Positions 15,602-25,573 of a DNA stretch of 33,935 nt are shown piece after piece. The stretch comes from Bacteroidota bacterium (lineage in GTDB: Bacteria > Bacteroidota > Bacteroidia > 2-12-FULL-35-15). Below the pieces are notes generated by a model. The model did no database searches, was not told where the DNA came from, and saw only the letters and a list, made by a program, of their open reading frames with translations. The position numbers were made by a program, and so were the translations under genes. Location: positions 9,513 to 43,447 of the forward strand of contig JAPLDC010000097.1 of assembly GCA_026391935.1 (NCBI GenBank), written 5' to 3'. How positions within the stretch are numbered: the stretch's first letter is position 1; the number at the start of each line of letters is the position of its first letter.

Positions 15602-17692
15602 TTATTTAATAGTGAACTCAGTATCAGAAATACCTTTATTCACAGTTATGGTTTCCGCAGTTAATTTCATCGACATTGCTCCGCTGATGGCGATAATGCT
15701 CGGAAATTTCACTCCTTCTACATCCTTATATTCAAGGAAATCAGTTGTATTGGTCATCGGGCCGGCTTCAGAAGTAGTAATTTGAGAGTTTCTTACTTTC
15801 AATTTACTCTCAACAGCGTACCATTCAGTAGATTTCTTGCCCTTAGGGCTAACAACTTCGAGGATATAAGCATCTTTGCCATTTACTGCCTCTATGCCTT
15901 TTAAATTAAGCTTATACCCCAATTTTTCATAATTCATTTCCAGATTCATTGTCGCTTGCGCTTTAATATCATCCAAGCCGTCTCCGTCAATATCCTTTTT
16001 TCCTTGCATACTCTGTTGTTTCCCAACTTTACCATCGTATACTTCTTTTTGAATTACCATTTCTCCCATTTTTACAGACATCGCATATTTGTTTGGCGCC
16101 TTTTGACTCGTGGTGATGCTGATGTCCATACCTTGAAGCTTGGTATTCATTTTTGTAGAAACATCTTTCACTTTCAACAAAGCAGTAGCTCCTCCAATCG
16201 CATTTACATAATCATTGATTACCGTTTTTGACGTTACTCCTGCCGGAATAGGTTTTGCAACTGAGGCAACAACATTACCATAGATATCATAAAATTCTAT
16301 GTTTTTCGTTGCACTGAAAGGAGCCAATTTTTTAGAAAGTTCTTCTTTGTCGCCAACGACAAGTATGGTAGCATTATCAGGGCGGATGTATTTTTGTGCC
16401 ATTGCATAAACATCATCAGAGGTAACGGCTGCAAGATTTTTTAAATAGTTCGCATAATAATCTTTAGGGAGTTTGTAAAGCTCGATATTGATAGCAAAAC
16501 GTGCTATTGTTGCAGGATCTTCCAAGGATATTGCGAAATTTCCTGTTAAGTAATTCTTAATTCCATCCAATTCATCCTGAGGAACTTTTTCTGTGCGTAA
16601 ACGATTTAGCTCTGCCATTATTTCAGTAAGGGAACTATCGGTAACCGCATTGCGAACTTTAGCATAAGCACTGAATTCGCTTACCAATTCATCATTATTT
16701 AAAGATGAATAGGAACCATATGTATAACCATGTTTTTCGCGAAGGTTCACAAATAAACGGGAAGAAAAGCCTGCACCCAAAATGGTGTTCATCACTTTTG
16801 CTTTTATCGCATCTTCACTATTCAGTTTCAGATCAACAGGATACGTAACATTGATAACGGATTGAACAGCACCGGCTTTATTTACAACAGCAACGCGTGT
16901 TTTTTCGGGAGCAAGTGGCATTGGATAATTTGTTGAAACAACATCTGCTTTTTGCCATGCACCAAAATATTTTTCGATCAAAGGTTTTACTTCTGCCAAG
17001 GTAACATCACCAACAATGGCCATATAGGCAACATTGGGACGGAAATAAGCCTGATAATAAGCATTACATTTTTCAATACTGATCTTCGAAACACTTTCTT
17101 CTGTGGTTAATTCTCCGTAGGGATGATTTGCACCAAAATTCAAAACTGATTTTACATTTTCTGAAATAGCATCCGGATCATCTTTTTGTTGTGCTAGTCC
17201 GGATAATGTTTGCGTTTTTACTTTTTCCAATTCTTCTTGTTTGAAGTTAGGGTTCAGCAATACATCCGACATTAATTCCAGTAATTTTGTTTGTTGCTTT
17301 TTTAATGATGCAGCATACAAGCCTTTTGGATTAGCGGTTAGTGTGGCACCAATAAAATCGATGTCGTTATCCAACTGATCTTTAGTTCTGTTTTTTGTGC
17401 CACTGGTCATTAATTCACTGGTCATATTCGCAGTTCCTACTGCATCCTTTTCCAAAGAAGGTTTAATATCTAATGCGATGGAATAAGCTACTGTTGCTTG
17501 TTTGTGATTTTCTACCACAAATACTTTCAGTCCGTTTGGAAGGACAAAGGATTGAATATCTCCAAGTTTAATGCCTGGTGCTTCAGCTGCTTTAGGGCGA
17601 ATACTTCTGTCGAGTTTTTTATCTCCCTTTTGCGCAAAGGTGCTTGTAAAGGCGAATAGTACTAATATTGAGAAGATTACTTTTTTATTCAT
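15602..17692 (-). CDS. M16 family peptidase-like protein lacking the zinc motif (non-catalytic subunit) fused to a C-terminal LolA-like domain
   Basis: Track ORF trimmed to the ATG at 17692 (signal peptide MNKKVIFSILVLFAFTSTFAQ). Two M16 halves, but no HxxEH in the N-terminal half. The last ~210 aa (VINDYVNAIGGATALLKVKD...) resemble the lipoprotein-sorting (LolA-like) fold domains seen fused to Bacteroidota hydrolases. Confidence 0.8.
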   Translation of the reverse strand: MNKKVIFSILVLFAFTSTFAQKGDKKLDRSIRPKAAEAPGIKLGDIQSFVLPNGLKVFVVENHKQATVAYSIALDIKPSLEKDAVGTANMTSELMTSGTKNRTKDQLDNDIDFIGATLTANPKGLYAASLKKQQTKLLELMSDVLLNPNFKQEELEKVKTQTLSGLAQQKDDPDAISENVKSVLNFGANHPYGELTTEESVSKISIEKCNAYYQAYFRPNVAYMAIVGDVTLAEVKPLIEKYFGAWQKADVVSTNYPMPLAPEKTRVAVVNKAGAVQSVINVTYPVDLKLNSEDAIKAKVMNTILGAGFSSRLFVNLREKHGYTYGSYSSLNNDELVSEFSAYAKVRNAVTDSSLTEIMAELNRLRTEKVPQDELDGIKNYLTGNFAISLEDPATIARFAINIELYKLPKDYYANYLKNLAAVTSDDVYAMAQKYIRPDNATILVVGDKEELSKKLAPFSATKNIEFYDIYGNVVASVAKPIPAGVTSKTVINDYVNAIGGATALLKVKDVSTKMNTKLQGMDISITTSQKAPNKYAMSVKMGEMVIQKEVYDGKVGKQQSMQGKKDIDGDGLDDIKAQATMNLEMNYEKLGYKLNLKGIEAVNGKDAYILEVVSPKGKKSTEWYAVESKLKVRNSQITTSEAGPMTNTTDFLEYKDVEGVKFPSIIAISGAMSMKLTAETITVNKGISDTEFTIK

Positions 17693-17780
17693 TTTTGTTT
17701 TGTTTTTATGGGATTCATGAATGCTTTGCATTTCATGTGTAAATATTTTGTTGCCTAATTTTTCAATTTCAGATTCTTGA

Positions 17781-19118
17781 TTATTCTTGCTTTGGTAAGT
17801 AATAAAGCACCACACGGTTTTCTTTGGTTAAATATTTTTGTGCCGCTTTTTGAATATCTTCACGCGTTACTTTCATAAAACGGTCGATCTCCGTATTGAT
17901 CAGATTGGCGTCCTTATAATATACCGAATAATTCGCTAAATTTTCTGCGATACCCGCCATTTTTAAATTCCCGCTAATAAAATCATTTTCAGTTTGATTG
18001 CGTAACTTTTGAAATTCTTCCTCTGTTATCAATTCCGTTTTTACTTTTTCAAATTCCGCATTCATTGCAGCTTCCAGGTCTGTTGGAGAAACGCCCATGT
18101 TTGCGATTCCGAAAACCAAGGTTAATCCCGGATCTTCTGAAGGCACCGGGAAAGCTCCTGCAAAAACAGCTTTTTGTTGTTTGTCTACAATCGCTTTTTG
18201 CATGCGAGAACTTTTTCCTTGCGATAAGATAGTGGCAAGCATATTCATTGCATAATAATCAGGAGTACCTTGAGCAGGAGCGTGGTAGGCCATGATAACC
18301 CCAGGTAACTGAATGTTATCATAAACGGTGTCACGAACTTCAGCTGTTTTTACAGGCTCTACAACGGTAGGGCGGGGAATAGCTTTTGTTCCTTTTGGGA
18401 TGGTGCTATAATATTTTTCAATCATCGCTTTAGTTTGTGCAACATTGATATCGCCAGCAATGGAAAGTGTCGCATTGTTTGGAACATAAAATGTTTTATA
18501 AAAATCGATGAACTCAGACATAGCTGCCTTGTTGATATATTCAGGAGAGCCTCCCGGAGTCCAGCGATATGGATGTACTGTGTATGCGTGTCCGAATGCC
18601 TCATTTAAAATAGAGCCATAAGGCGTATTTTCGTTACGTTGTTTCAATTCTTCTTTTACAACTTTGCGCTGTGTTTCCAAGCCGATTGAATCAATTTTCA
18701 GATGAAGCATGCGTTCCGATTCCATCCACAAACCAAGTTCCAATTGATTGCTTGGCAATATTTCGTAGTAGAAGGTACGGTCAAAAGAGGTGTTGGCATT
18801 CATTTGTCCGCCGGCATTTTGAACCAGCTTCATGTATTCGCCACGTTTGATATTGTCAGATCCTTCAAACATCAGGTGTTCGAAAAAGTGGGCAAATCCT
18901 GTACGCATCGGGTCCTCATTTTTAGAACCTACGTGGTATAAAACAGTGACAGCAACAATAGGAGTAGAGTGATCTTCATGTAAAATAACATGTAATCCGT
19001 TCGGCAATTCATATTGCGAATACTTCACTGTGTTTGATGGCGTTGTTTTGGAGGATTGAGCAGATAAATAACTGCTTCCCAAAAGCAAACCCGATACTAT
19101 TATACTTTTCAACTTCAT
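17781..19118 (-). CDS. M16 family zinc metallopeptidase (pitrilysin/insulinase-like, catalytic subunit)
   Basis: Signal peptide MKLKSIIVSGLLLGSSYLSAQ. Inverted zinc motif HxxEH within GFAHFFEHLMFEG, with a downstream E in the ...FYYEILPSN region. Length of 445 aa is typical. Confidence 0.9.
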   Translation of the reverse strand: MKLKSIIVSGLLLGSSYLSAQSSKTTPSNTVKYSQYELPNGLHVILHEDHSTPIVAVTVLYHVGSKNEDPMRTGFAHFFEHLMFEGSDNIKRGEYMKLVQNAGGQMNANTSFDRTFYYEILPSNQLELGLWMESERMLHLKIDSIGLETQRKVVKEELKQRNENTPYGSILNEAFGHAYTVHPYRWTPGGSPEYINKAAMSEFIDFYKTFYVPNNATLSIAGDINVAQTKAMIEKYYSTIPKGTKAIPRPTVVEPVKTAEVRDTVYDNIQLPGVIMAYHAPAQGTPDYYAMNMLATILSQGKSSRMQKAIVDKQQKAVFAGAFPVPSEDPGLTLVFGIANMGVSPTDLEAAMNAEFEKVKTELITEEEFQKLRNQTENDFISGNLKMAGIAENLANYSVYYKDANLINTEIDRFMKVTREDIQKAAQKYLTKENRVVLYYLPKQE

Positions 19119-19224
19119 TAGATAATTGGATTTTAAAATTTTGATAAAAGTAAAACTATTTTTGATTCAATTTTACGCTGATTTATAAAAGGTAGTTAGA
19201 TGTGATGAGTGGATTTTATGAGGA

Positions 19225-22200
19225 TCAATAATCCAGATAGTCGTTATATCCGGAAGAAGTCTCAAAATCATTTATATTGGCTCTCTTCCTGTTTTCTATC
19301 CTCAGTTTTTGCATGAGTGTATCAATTTGCTTTTGGGACTGGATATCATTATCAAATGCAACATTTGTCTTTGTGAAAGCAGGGTAAAGATTCACCTGTT
19401 TTTCGTCCATAGGATGCAATGCTGAGCAATATAGTTTCCAAACCTTTTTCTCTTTCGGACGGATTTTGAAAACATACAGATTACCTTTTGTCTTGTCACA
19501 TTCTGTTTGAATTTTAGAAAGAAGAACAACCGTATCTTTTTTAAAATTATCTTCTGATCCGAAAAGTTGTGAGATGACCAGATCTTTTTGTGTTCCAAAT
19601 TGTTTGTCAAACAAATTCAATTTATTTTGCTCATCTAAAACCTGATACAGCGTCACTCTTGTGGACACGTTAGAAGCGTAGTTTTTTAATATGGTATCTG
19701 CTATCGGGAAATTGTTTTTTACGAGCGTACCATATACCATTACTTTAAATTTATCGCTATTTGTGCTCTTCAGTAACTTGTCAAAAAATAGTTTTACGTC
19801 TTTATCTTTATTAAAAGGGGCAAGAAGAGTGGCATATCCATATACCTTTTGCTGTCTGTAATTCAAGTCCTCATAAAGGCTTTTTGATTTGTTGGAGGAA
19901 TATCTGTAGGGCTCTTTGTCTCTGTCCTTATCAGAAATATATTTTTTTAATTCATACATACCGTCAAGTAATATTCCGTCCAATTGTTTTTTATAGCTCT
20001 TAGGTTTTATTAAATCTTTCTCTTTTAACATTACCATTAACTTATATATGTAAACCTTGTATTCAGGGTACTTTGTGTATTTTAAAATTTCAGGGTATAA
20101 TCCAACGCTAGTGGGCAAACTGTCGTCTAAAGTATTAAACACGCTTGAAATAGCTATGTCGCTGGAGGTAACAGGAAGATCTGCGTTCATTAATTTTAAA
20201 AATGTTTGACTTGCTTCATTTGATCTTAACCTTGCAACAGCTTTCAAAACAGCCAATTCTAGTTCAACAGAATCGGAAAAGCGCAAGTAGGTAGTCGCAA
20301 GAAATGGCAAGGTCTCTTTTGATTTAAGGCTTCTGAAACACGAGATAAGCTCCTTCTTATCGGAAGTGGAAAGTTTGTCAAACTCTTTGCTCTCAATAGT
20401 CTTGATAAGCGAAGGGATATTGCTTGCCAGCATATTCCCCTGTACATATTCTATTGCTGTTTTCGTTTGTTTGCTAACGGTTGTATCCGTTGAATAAAGT
20501 TTACTAAAAAAGTAGGTGTCCAGCTTGTTGGAGGTGACATCCAAACCAATGCAGGTATCTTTGGGAACAAATGAATCGAAAAAGGTTTTGGAATAGATGC
20601 TCATCCCGGAAACGGTATCAACAAAGGATTTTAGGGTATATAGACTGCCGCAGCGTTGAATGAATTTTACGCAGATACCTCTTGTGCTGTTTGTATCGGT
20701 GAGTAAAAGATCAACTTCTGAAAAGGGATCTTTTTTTGTTTTTACAATTCGGGAAGCATTCATACCGCTTTCTTCAGAGAGTCCTTTTATCCTTGATTTC
20801 CAGAACGCATCCATTGTTTCTTGTTGGAAGAACATGCTGAATTTACGAAATTCGACATAAACCTGTTCTCCTGTTTCAGGTGATGTATATACTATAGTTT
20901 CTCTTTTTGGAAGAAACATTTCATCCTTTTTACTTGTTTTATCTTTTTTATTATAGCGTGTAGATTCTAATTTACTTTTTTGAGTGACCAGGCTGTTATA
21001 ATCATTCGATTTCGATTGAGTTGAAACATTGAAAAAAAGTGATGTGTCTGAGATGGTTGTGTAGGGGACAGTCGATTTTTTTTCAATTATTTTAAAGGAG
21101 TCAAAAAATTCTTTTGTTTTAATACTGTCGTTATTCGAGACCATTAAATAATAATCAGGGCCAGAAATTATCACTTGAGCCATTAATTTATTTTCAGGTT
21201 TATTCTCCTCCTTAGCCATTATCTCTAGGGCCGGATTACCGTTCTCCTTAGTGATCTTTTTAGACAATATCTTGTAATTTGCCTGTCTGCAAAATCTTTC
21301 GGAAAGCATATTTAATTCGAAGGTATCTTCTTCGATATAATCGTAATCATAAAGAGATGCCATCATTACCATCGAAAATTTACCATCAGTTGTGTTGTTT
21401 GCTGTCACTATCTCTTGCTGATAAGAGGTTTGTCCGTTGTTGGAGTATAATATTTTATTTAAAGGCATCGAAACAGAATAGCCGAGTGAAGATTTAAAAT
21501 TAACAATGGTTGATGGTTTTTCATGAAAAGTAATGGAAGAAAAGAATGTTTCTGCTTCTGTTCCTTTGTTAACATATTCTTGGCTGCCGCTCATTTTGAA
21601 AACGAAAATTTCATTCGCTGAAATAAATAGCTGACATTTCTGAATGTCGCCTGTCCTAGTTTTATTTGTGACCTCTATTCCAGGATACCCTGCAGAATTT
21701 TTGATCTCTTTTTTTGTCAATAGTTTTCCCGGAATATTTTCGAAGATAAGACTGTCAATTTTTTTCAGAATATATTCGGGCTTCTCATTTGTGAGTGATC
21801 CATAATGGTTCATTCGCTGAATGCAGTAATAGCTGCCATTTCCCATATCGTTATTCAGATAATACTTATACGAACCTTTGTCGTATATTTCATATAACTT
21901 ACCAGGAATAGAAACCGAGAATATGGAATCATTAGAATATTGCGTTTTTAACTGAACAGGGAATCTTGTTTCGTCAATGGTAGTTTTTGTTTTTGTATCG
22001 TATTTAGAAGATATTACCGGTCTTACAGTGTACCCCATTCTTCTCAAAAGCTCTAATACACCATCGTTACCAGGCAAATGAGAGGCTCCCACACCGGTAA
22101 ATAACGGCATCCGTTTCATAATGGAATCCATCCGATGCGCCATTATTTTGTTGCGCTCGTTGATCATATATTTTATGAAAAGGGGTTCTGAGGATAATTT

Positions 22201-22941
22201 GTTCAGCGTGTCGAGTAGGTCAAGGTCACCTTTTCTGTATGCGTCTTCAAGGGTTTCGTTATACGATTTGTCATTAGTGAGCTGTTTCAACCGAAGTCGG
22301 CTTTGTTCATTTTCATCCTCTTTTGTTTTATCATCAGCTACCTGATCAGCGCCTTCAGCTTCGGCTCGATTCAAAAATTCTTCCGTAGTTCGGAAGTTTT
22401 CTAAACCAAATATTTTTTTATTTAATTTTTTCCCTGATTGGAAAATAAAAACATCAAGGTAATTATCCTCCTCATAATCGCTTTCGTATCTGTTATTACG
22501 ATACAGTAAATTGTTGCTGATGCTTGGTGAAAATTGCAGCAACCCTTTTAGATCCTTTTCCTTCGGAATGTCTAAAGCAAAAGCGCCTTTATAAAAGCCG
22601 TAGTGGTTATATATATAATTGGTAGTATTCTTGAAGGTGTTGGCATCTTTCATTTTCATTATATCATCCATCCAAACATCCATATTTAATTCCAGCGCTA
22701 CAGCCTCACAACTTTTTATCGCAACAAAAAAAGAATCGGTTAAATTAAAGGCAAGTTTATTGCTCACGTGCATTGTTCCGTATAGGTAGGAAGGTTTCTT
22801 CATTCCGTTACCGGATATTTCCCATAACAGACTTTGGTATTTTTTTGGTAAACCTGATTGGGCCGCCAGTTTATTAGATGTTAAAATGATTGATGCAAAA
22901 AGGATCAATAAAATAAAAACGGTTTCGGGTTTCTTTGGCAT
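19225..22941 (-). CDS. 1238-aa exported TraB/GumN (Tiki-like) family protein with ~930-aa uncharacterised C-terminal extension
   Basis: N-terminal hydrophobic signal or anchor (TVFILLILFASIILTSNKLAAQ). TraB/GumN hallmarks: SYLYGTMHVSN (GTxH), AVALELN, AHRMD and FTGVGASHLPGNDGVLELLRRMGYTVRPV, within residues ~36-309. The remainder has no recognised domain: beta-rich in the middle, helical-repeat-like at the C-terminal end. Confidence 0.8.
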   Translation of the reverse strand: MPKKPETVFILLILFASIILTSNKLAAQSGLPKKYQSLLWEISGNGMKKPSYLYGTMHVSNKLAFNLTDSFFVAIKSCEAVALELNMDVWMDDIMKMKDANTFKNTTNYIYNHYGFYKGAFALDIPKEKDLKGLLQFSPSISNNLLYRNNRYESDYEEDNYLDVFIFQSGKKLNKKIFGLENFRTTEEFLNRAEAEGADQVADDKTKEDENEQSRLRLKQLTNDKSYNETLEDAYRKGDLDLLDTLNKLSSEPLFIKYMINERNKIMAHRMDSIMKRMPLFTGVGASHLPGNDGVLELLRRMGYTVRPVISSKYDTKTKTTIDETRFPVQLKTQYSNDSIFSVSIPGKLYEIYDKGSYKYYLNNDMGNGSYYCIQRMNHYGSLTNEKPEYILKKIDSLIFENIPGKLLTKKEIKNSAGYPGIEVTNKTRTGDIQKCQLFISANEIFVFKMSGSQEYVNKGTEAETFFSSITFHEKPSTIVNFKSSLGYSVSMPLNKILYSNNGQTSYQQEIVTANNTTDGKFSMVMMASLYDYDYIEEDTFELNMLSERFCRQANYKILSKKITKENGNPALEIMAKEENKPENKLMAQVIISGPDYYLMVSNNDSIKTKEFFDSFKIIEKKSTVPYTTISDTSLFFNVSTQSKSNDYNSLVTQKSKLESTRYNKKDKTSKKDEMFLPKRETIVYTSPETGEQVYVEFRKFSMFFQQETMDAFWKSRIKGLSEESGMNASRIVKTKKDPFSEVDLLLTDTNSTRGICVKFIQRCGSLYTLKSFVDTVSGMSIYSKTFFDSFVPKDTCIGLDVTSNKLDTYFFSKLYSTDTTVSKQTKTAIEYVQGNMLASNIPSLIKTIESKEFDKLSTSDKKELISCFRSLKSKETLPFLATTYLRFSDSVELELAVLKAVARLRSNEASQTFLKLMNADLPVTSSDIAISSVFNTLDDSLPTSVGLYPEILKYTKYPEYKVYIYKLMVMLKEKDLIKPKSYKKQLDGILLDGMYELKKYISDKDRDKEPYRYSSNKSKSLYEDLNYRQQKVYGYATLLAPFNKDKDVKLFFDKLLKSTNSDKFKVMVYGTLVKNNFPIADTILKNYASNVSTRVTLYQVLDEQNKLNLFDKQFGTQKDLVISQLFGSEDNFKKDTVVLLSKIQTECDKTKGNLYVFKIRPKEKKVWKLYCSALHPMDEKQVNLYPAFTKTNVAFDNDIQSQKQIDTLMQKLRIENRKRANINDFETSSGYNDYLDY

Positions 22942-23020
22942 AATGCAGGATCTTAGAAGAGGTCGATGAACAAGGTTACTAAATTAAAAATTTAAAAATG
23001 AAAACGCGAGTATTCCTTCG

Positions 23021-23028
23021 CAAAACTA
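23021..23028 (-). promoter_or_regulatory. Possible -7 box (TAGTTTTG) for the TraB/GumN-M16-M16 unit
   Basis: Minus strand reads TAGTTTTG 80 nt upstream of the ATG at 22941. No TAnnTTTG was found in the 19119..19224 or 17693..17780 spacers, consistent with co-transcription of the three genes. Confidence 0.3.
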
Positions 23029-23039
23029 TAATATTCGTT

Positions 23040-25544
23040 TCATTTCCTCTTTTTTGGACCTCTCATTGCTTCTGCAGTCAGCGGATTTTCAGGCCAGTGG
23101 TGTTTAGGATAACGTGAAAGAAGATCTTTTCGTACTTCGAAATAAGTTTTATTCCAAAAGCTTTTCAAGTCCTGTGTTATTTGAACCGGTTTGTAACCGG
23201 GAGAAAGCAAATGTAAAAGGATCTTATTTTTCCCTTCATTTACAGTTGGTGTTTCAAATAATCCGAATACTTCCTGTAAGCGGACAGCCATTTCTACTTT
23301 ACTTCCATCTTTAAAATAGTTGAGTTTTATCATCGAACCTGTTGGCACTTCCATTCTTGCGGGAGCAAGTACCTCAAGTCTTTGCGACAATTCCCAAGGT
23401 AAAATGGAATGTAAAATTTGATTGAAGTCCAGTTTTTGTAATTCGCTGAGTTTGTTAATTTTTATCAGATAAGGTGATAACCATTCCTCTATAGTTTCTA
23501 ATAAATGTTCGTTGGATAGGTCGGGCCATTTTTCATTCGGCCTCCATGCACGTAAGCTAGAAACACGCGCTTGCAGATCTTCCAGCGATTCATTCCAGTT
23601 CAGTAATTTCAAGCCGTTTTCTTTGATCAGATCACACATAACTTGTATCCGCAGCGCATCATCAATTTTATCCATGGGTTTTGTTTCAAGGATAAGATTC
23701 CCAAATCTTTTTTCGATAGCGCCAATGACCACTCCCCGTTGTTTGTCCCAGCTGACTGTTTGCCGCACCTCCGATAATTCCATCAGGTCATTTGCATCAA
23801 ATGCAGCAGCCAGAAATATTTTCCCTTCATTGATCCCTGCGTCCAGGTGCGCAATGGCTAACCATTCTTCCTGCACCAAGGCATCTGTTTCATTCATCTT
23901 AACGATTCTCCCATTTGCCAAACGATAACGCGATCCGTTTTTGTCTGTGCGTTTTGCGATACGTTCCGGATAAGCCGTTGCAACTAATTTCCCGGTGTGG
24001 AATACATTGGGTGGTGTATTATCAATTTCTATATTTAATAATTTTCTCCATGACTGTGCTAGACGTTCTATTCTGTCAAGCACTCTACTGTCAGCATTGA
24101 CCCGTTCACCCCTTCTGTATTTTCGTAGCAGTTCGATTCGTAGGGAAAGGTCAGCACCACTTTCTTTGGGAAGCGGATCGCGTTCTTCAAGGATGGCAGC
24201 AAGGTCACATGCCAGTGCTTTGAAGTTTTCCTTTGGTTTATTTTTTTGAAACGTTACTGCTTCGATAAGCATATGCGCTAAACGCGGATGTGTTGGCATC
24301 TGCAACATTTCTTTTCCTCTCGCAGTAATTTTGTTGTTTTGAACAGCTCCTAATTGACTGAGTAATTCTTTTGCCTGAGAAACTGCAGCTGCCGGAGGTG
24401 GGCTCAACCAAAGTAATTCGGAGATATTTTGAATACCCCACTGACTGAGTTCTAACATTAGCGGAGCAAGATCTGCTTCTAATATTTCGGGTTTACGGTT
24501 TGGTATCAAATGGATCTGCGAACCTTCGCTCCATAACCTCATGCATGTTCCGGGGCCTAATCTGCCTGCTCGTCCGGCACGTTGATCGGCCGCATCTTTG
24601 GTAACTTTTATTGTTTCCAAACGCGTTAATCCTGTTTGGATATCAAAACGTGGTGAACGTGCGTAACCACTGTCGATAACTATTGTGATGCCTTCTATTG
24701 TCAATGAAGTTTCTGCGATGGAAGTGGCTAAGACTACTTTTCGTTTTCCTTTCGCATCCGGTAAAATTGCTTCTTGTTGTTTTTGTTGCGACAGATCTCC
24801 ATACAATGGTTGAACACTTATTCCGGAAATATCCTCCTCTAATATTTGTTGTGTTCTTAAGATTTCTCCTGCACCGGGAAGGAAAGCAAGGATGTCTCCT
24901 TTATTTTCACGTAATGCTTTTTTAATTGCATTTGCCATACGTAAATGCAAATATATTTTTTCATCAGTATTCAAATATTGAATGCTTACCGGATATTGAC
25001 GCCCTTCGGAAGTAATAATAGGTGCATTATTTAGTAGAGAAGATAATTTTACGCCATCCAATGTTGCAGACATGATCAGGATTCGCAGATCGGTTCTTAA
25101 TATTTGCTGCACTTGACAACACAATGCCAAAGCCAGATCAGCATTTAAACTGCGTTCATGAAATTCATCAAAAATAACAAGTCCGACATTGTCGAGTGCA
25201 TTATCATTTTGAAGCATTCGTGTGAGGATACCTTCTGTAACGACTTCTATTCTGGTTTTTTTGGAAACTTTATTTTCAAACCGAATCCTGTATCCAATTG
25301 TTTCTCCAATTTCTTCTCCCATTAGAGAGGCCATTCTAGTTGCAACAGCTCTGGTTGCAAGTCTTCTGGGCTCTAGCATGATTATTTTTTTTCCGTCCAA
25401 CCACTTTTCATTCAATAGTTTTATGGGGAGAACAGTTGATTTTCCTGCACCAGGTGGTGCTTGTAATATTACAACAGGTTCTTTCTCAAGCGTTGCTTTC
25501 AGATCAGGAATTATTTCGTTTATGGGAAGATCGTTGCCGGACAT
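23040..25544 (-). CDS. hrpB: ATP-dependent RNA helicase HrpB (DEAH-box)
   Basis: Walker A APPGAGKST, DEAH variant FDEFHERS, motifs SATL, TSIAETSLTIEG and QRAGRAGR, plus the long HrpB-type C-terminal domain. Track TTG start at 25553 trimmed to the ATG at 25544 (MSGNDLPINEIIPDL..., which parallels the E. coli HrpB N-terminus). Confidence 0.9.
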   Translation of the reverse strand: MSGNDLPINEIIPDLKATLEKEPVVILQAPPGAGKSTVLPIKLLNEKWLDGKKIIMLEPRRLATRAVATRMASLMGEEIGETIGYRIRFENKVSKKTRIEVVTEGILTRMLQNDNALDNVGLVIFDEFHERSLNADLALALCCQVQQILRTDLRILIMSATLDGVKLSSLLNNAPIITSEGRQYPVSIQYLNTDEKIYLHLRMANAIKKALRENKGDILAFLPGAGEILRTQQILEEDISGISVQPLYGDLSQQKQQEAILPDAKGKRKVVLATSIAETSLTIEGITIVIDSGYARSPRFDIQTGLTRLETIKVTKDAADQRAGRAGRLGPGTCMRLWSEGSQIHLIPNRKPEILEADLAPLMLELSQWGIQNISELLWLSPPPAAAVSQAKELLSQLGAVQNNKITARGKEMLQMPTHPRLAHMLIEAVTFQKNKPKENFKALACDLAAILEERDPLPKESGADLSLRIELLRKYRRGERVNADSRVLDRIERLAQSWRKLLNIEIDNTPPNVFHTGKLVATAYPERIAKRTDKNGSRYRLANGRIVKMNETDALVQEEWLAIAHLDAGINEGKIFLAAAFDANDLMELSEVRQTVSWDKQRGVVIGAIEKRFGNLILETKPMDKIDDALRIQVMCDLIKENGLKLLNWNESLEDLQARVSSLRAWRPNEKWPDLSNEHLLETIEEWLSPYLIKINKLSELQKLDFNQILHSILPWELSQRLEVLAPARMEVPTGSMIKLNYFKDGSKVEMAVRLQEVFGLFETPTVNEGKNKILLHLLSPGYKPVQITQDLKSFWNKTYFEVRKDLLSRYPKHHWPENPLTAEAMRGPKKRK

Positions 25545-25550
25545 TAAAAA

Positions 25551-25558
25551 CAAAAGTA
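25551..25558 (-). promoter_or_regulatory. Possible -7 box (TACTTTTG) only 6 nt upstream of the hrpB ATG
   Basis: Minus strand reads TACTTTTG-TTTTTA-ATG. It sits between the terminator at 25574..25605 and the start codon. No -33 TTTG seen. Confidence 0.3.
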
Positions 25559-25573
25559 TCGATTAAAAGGAAT

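Noticed and set aside
23512-25566. Plus-strand ORFs of 138, 61, 84, 75 and 114 aa inside hrpB
   Set aside because: All are antisense shadow ORFs within a continuous, motif-complete helicase gene. The same applies to the antisense ORFs inside nrdA, the TraB/GumN gene, the M16 genes and the type-B-CTD gene (e.g. 28759..29133).
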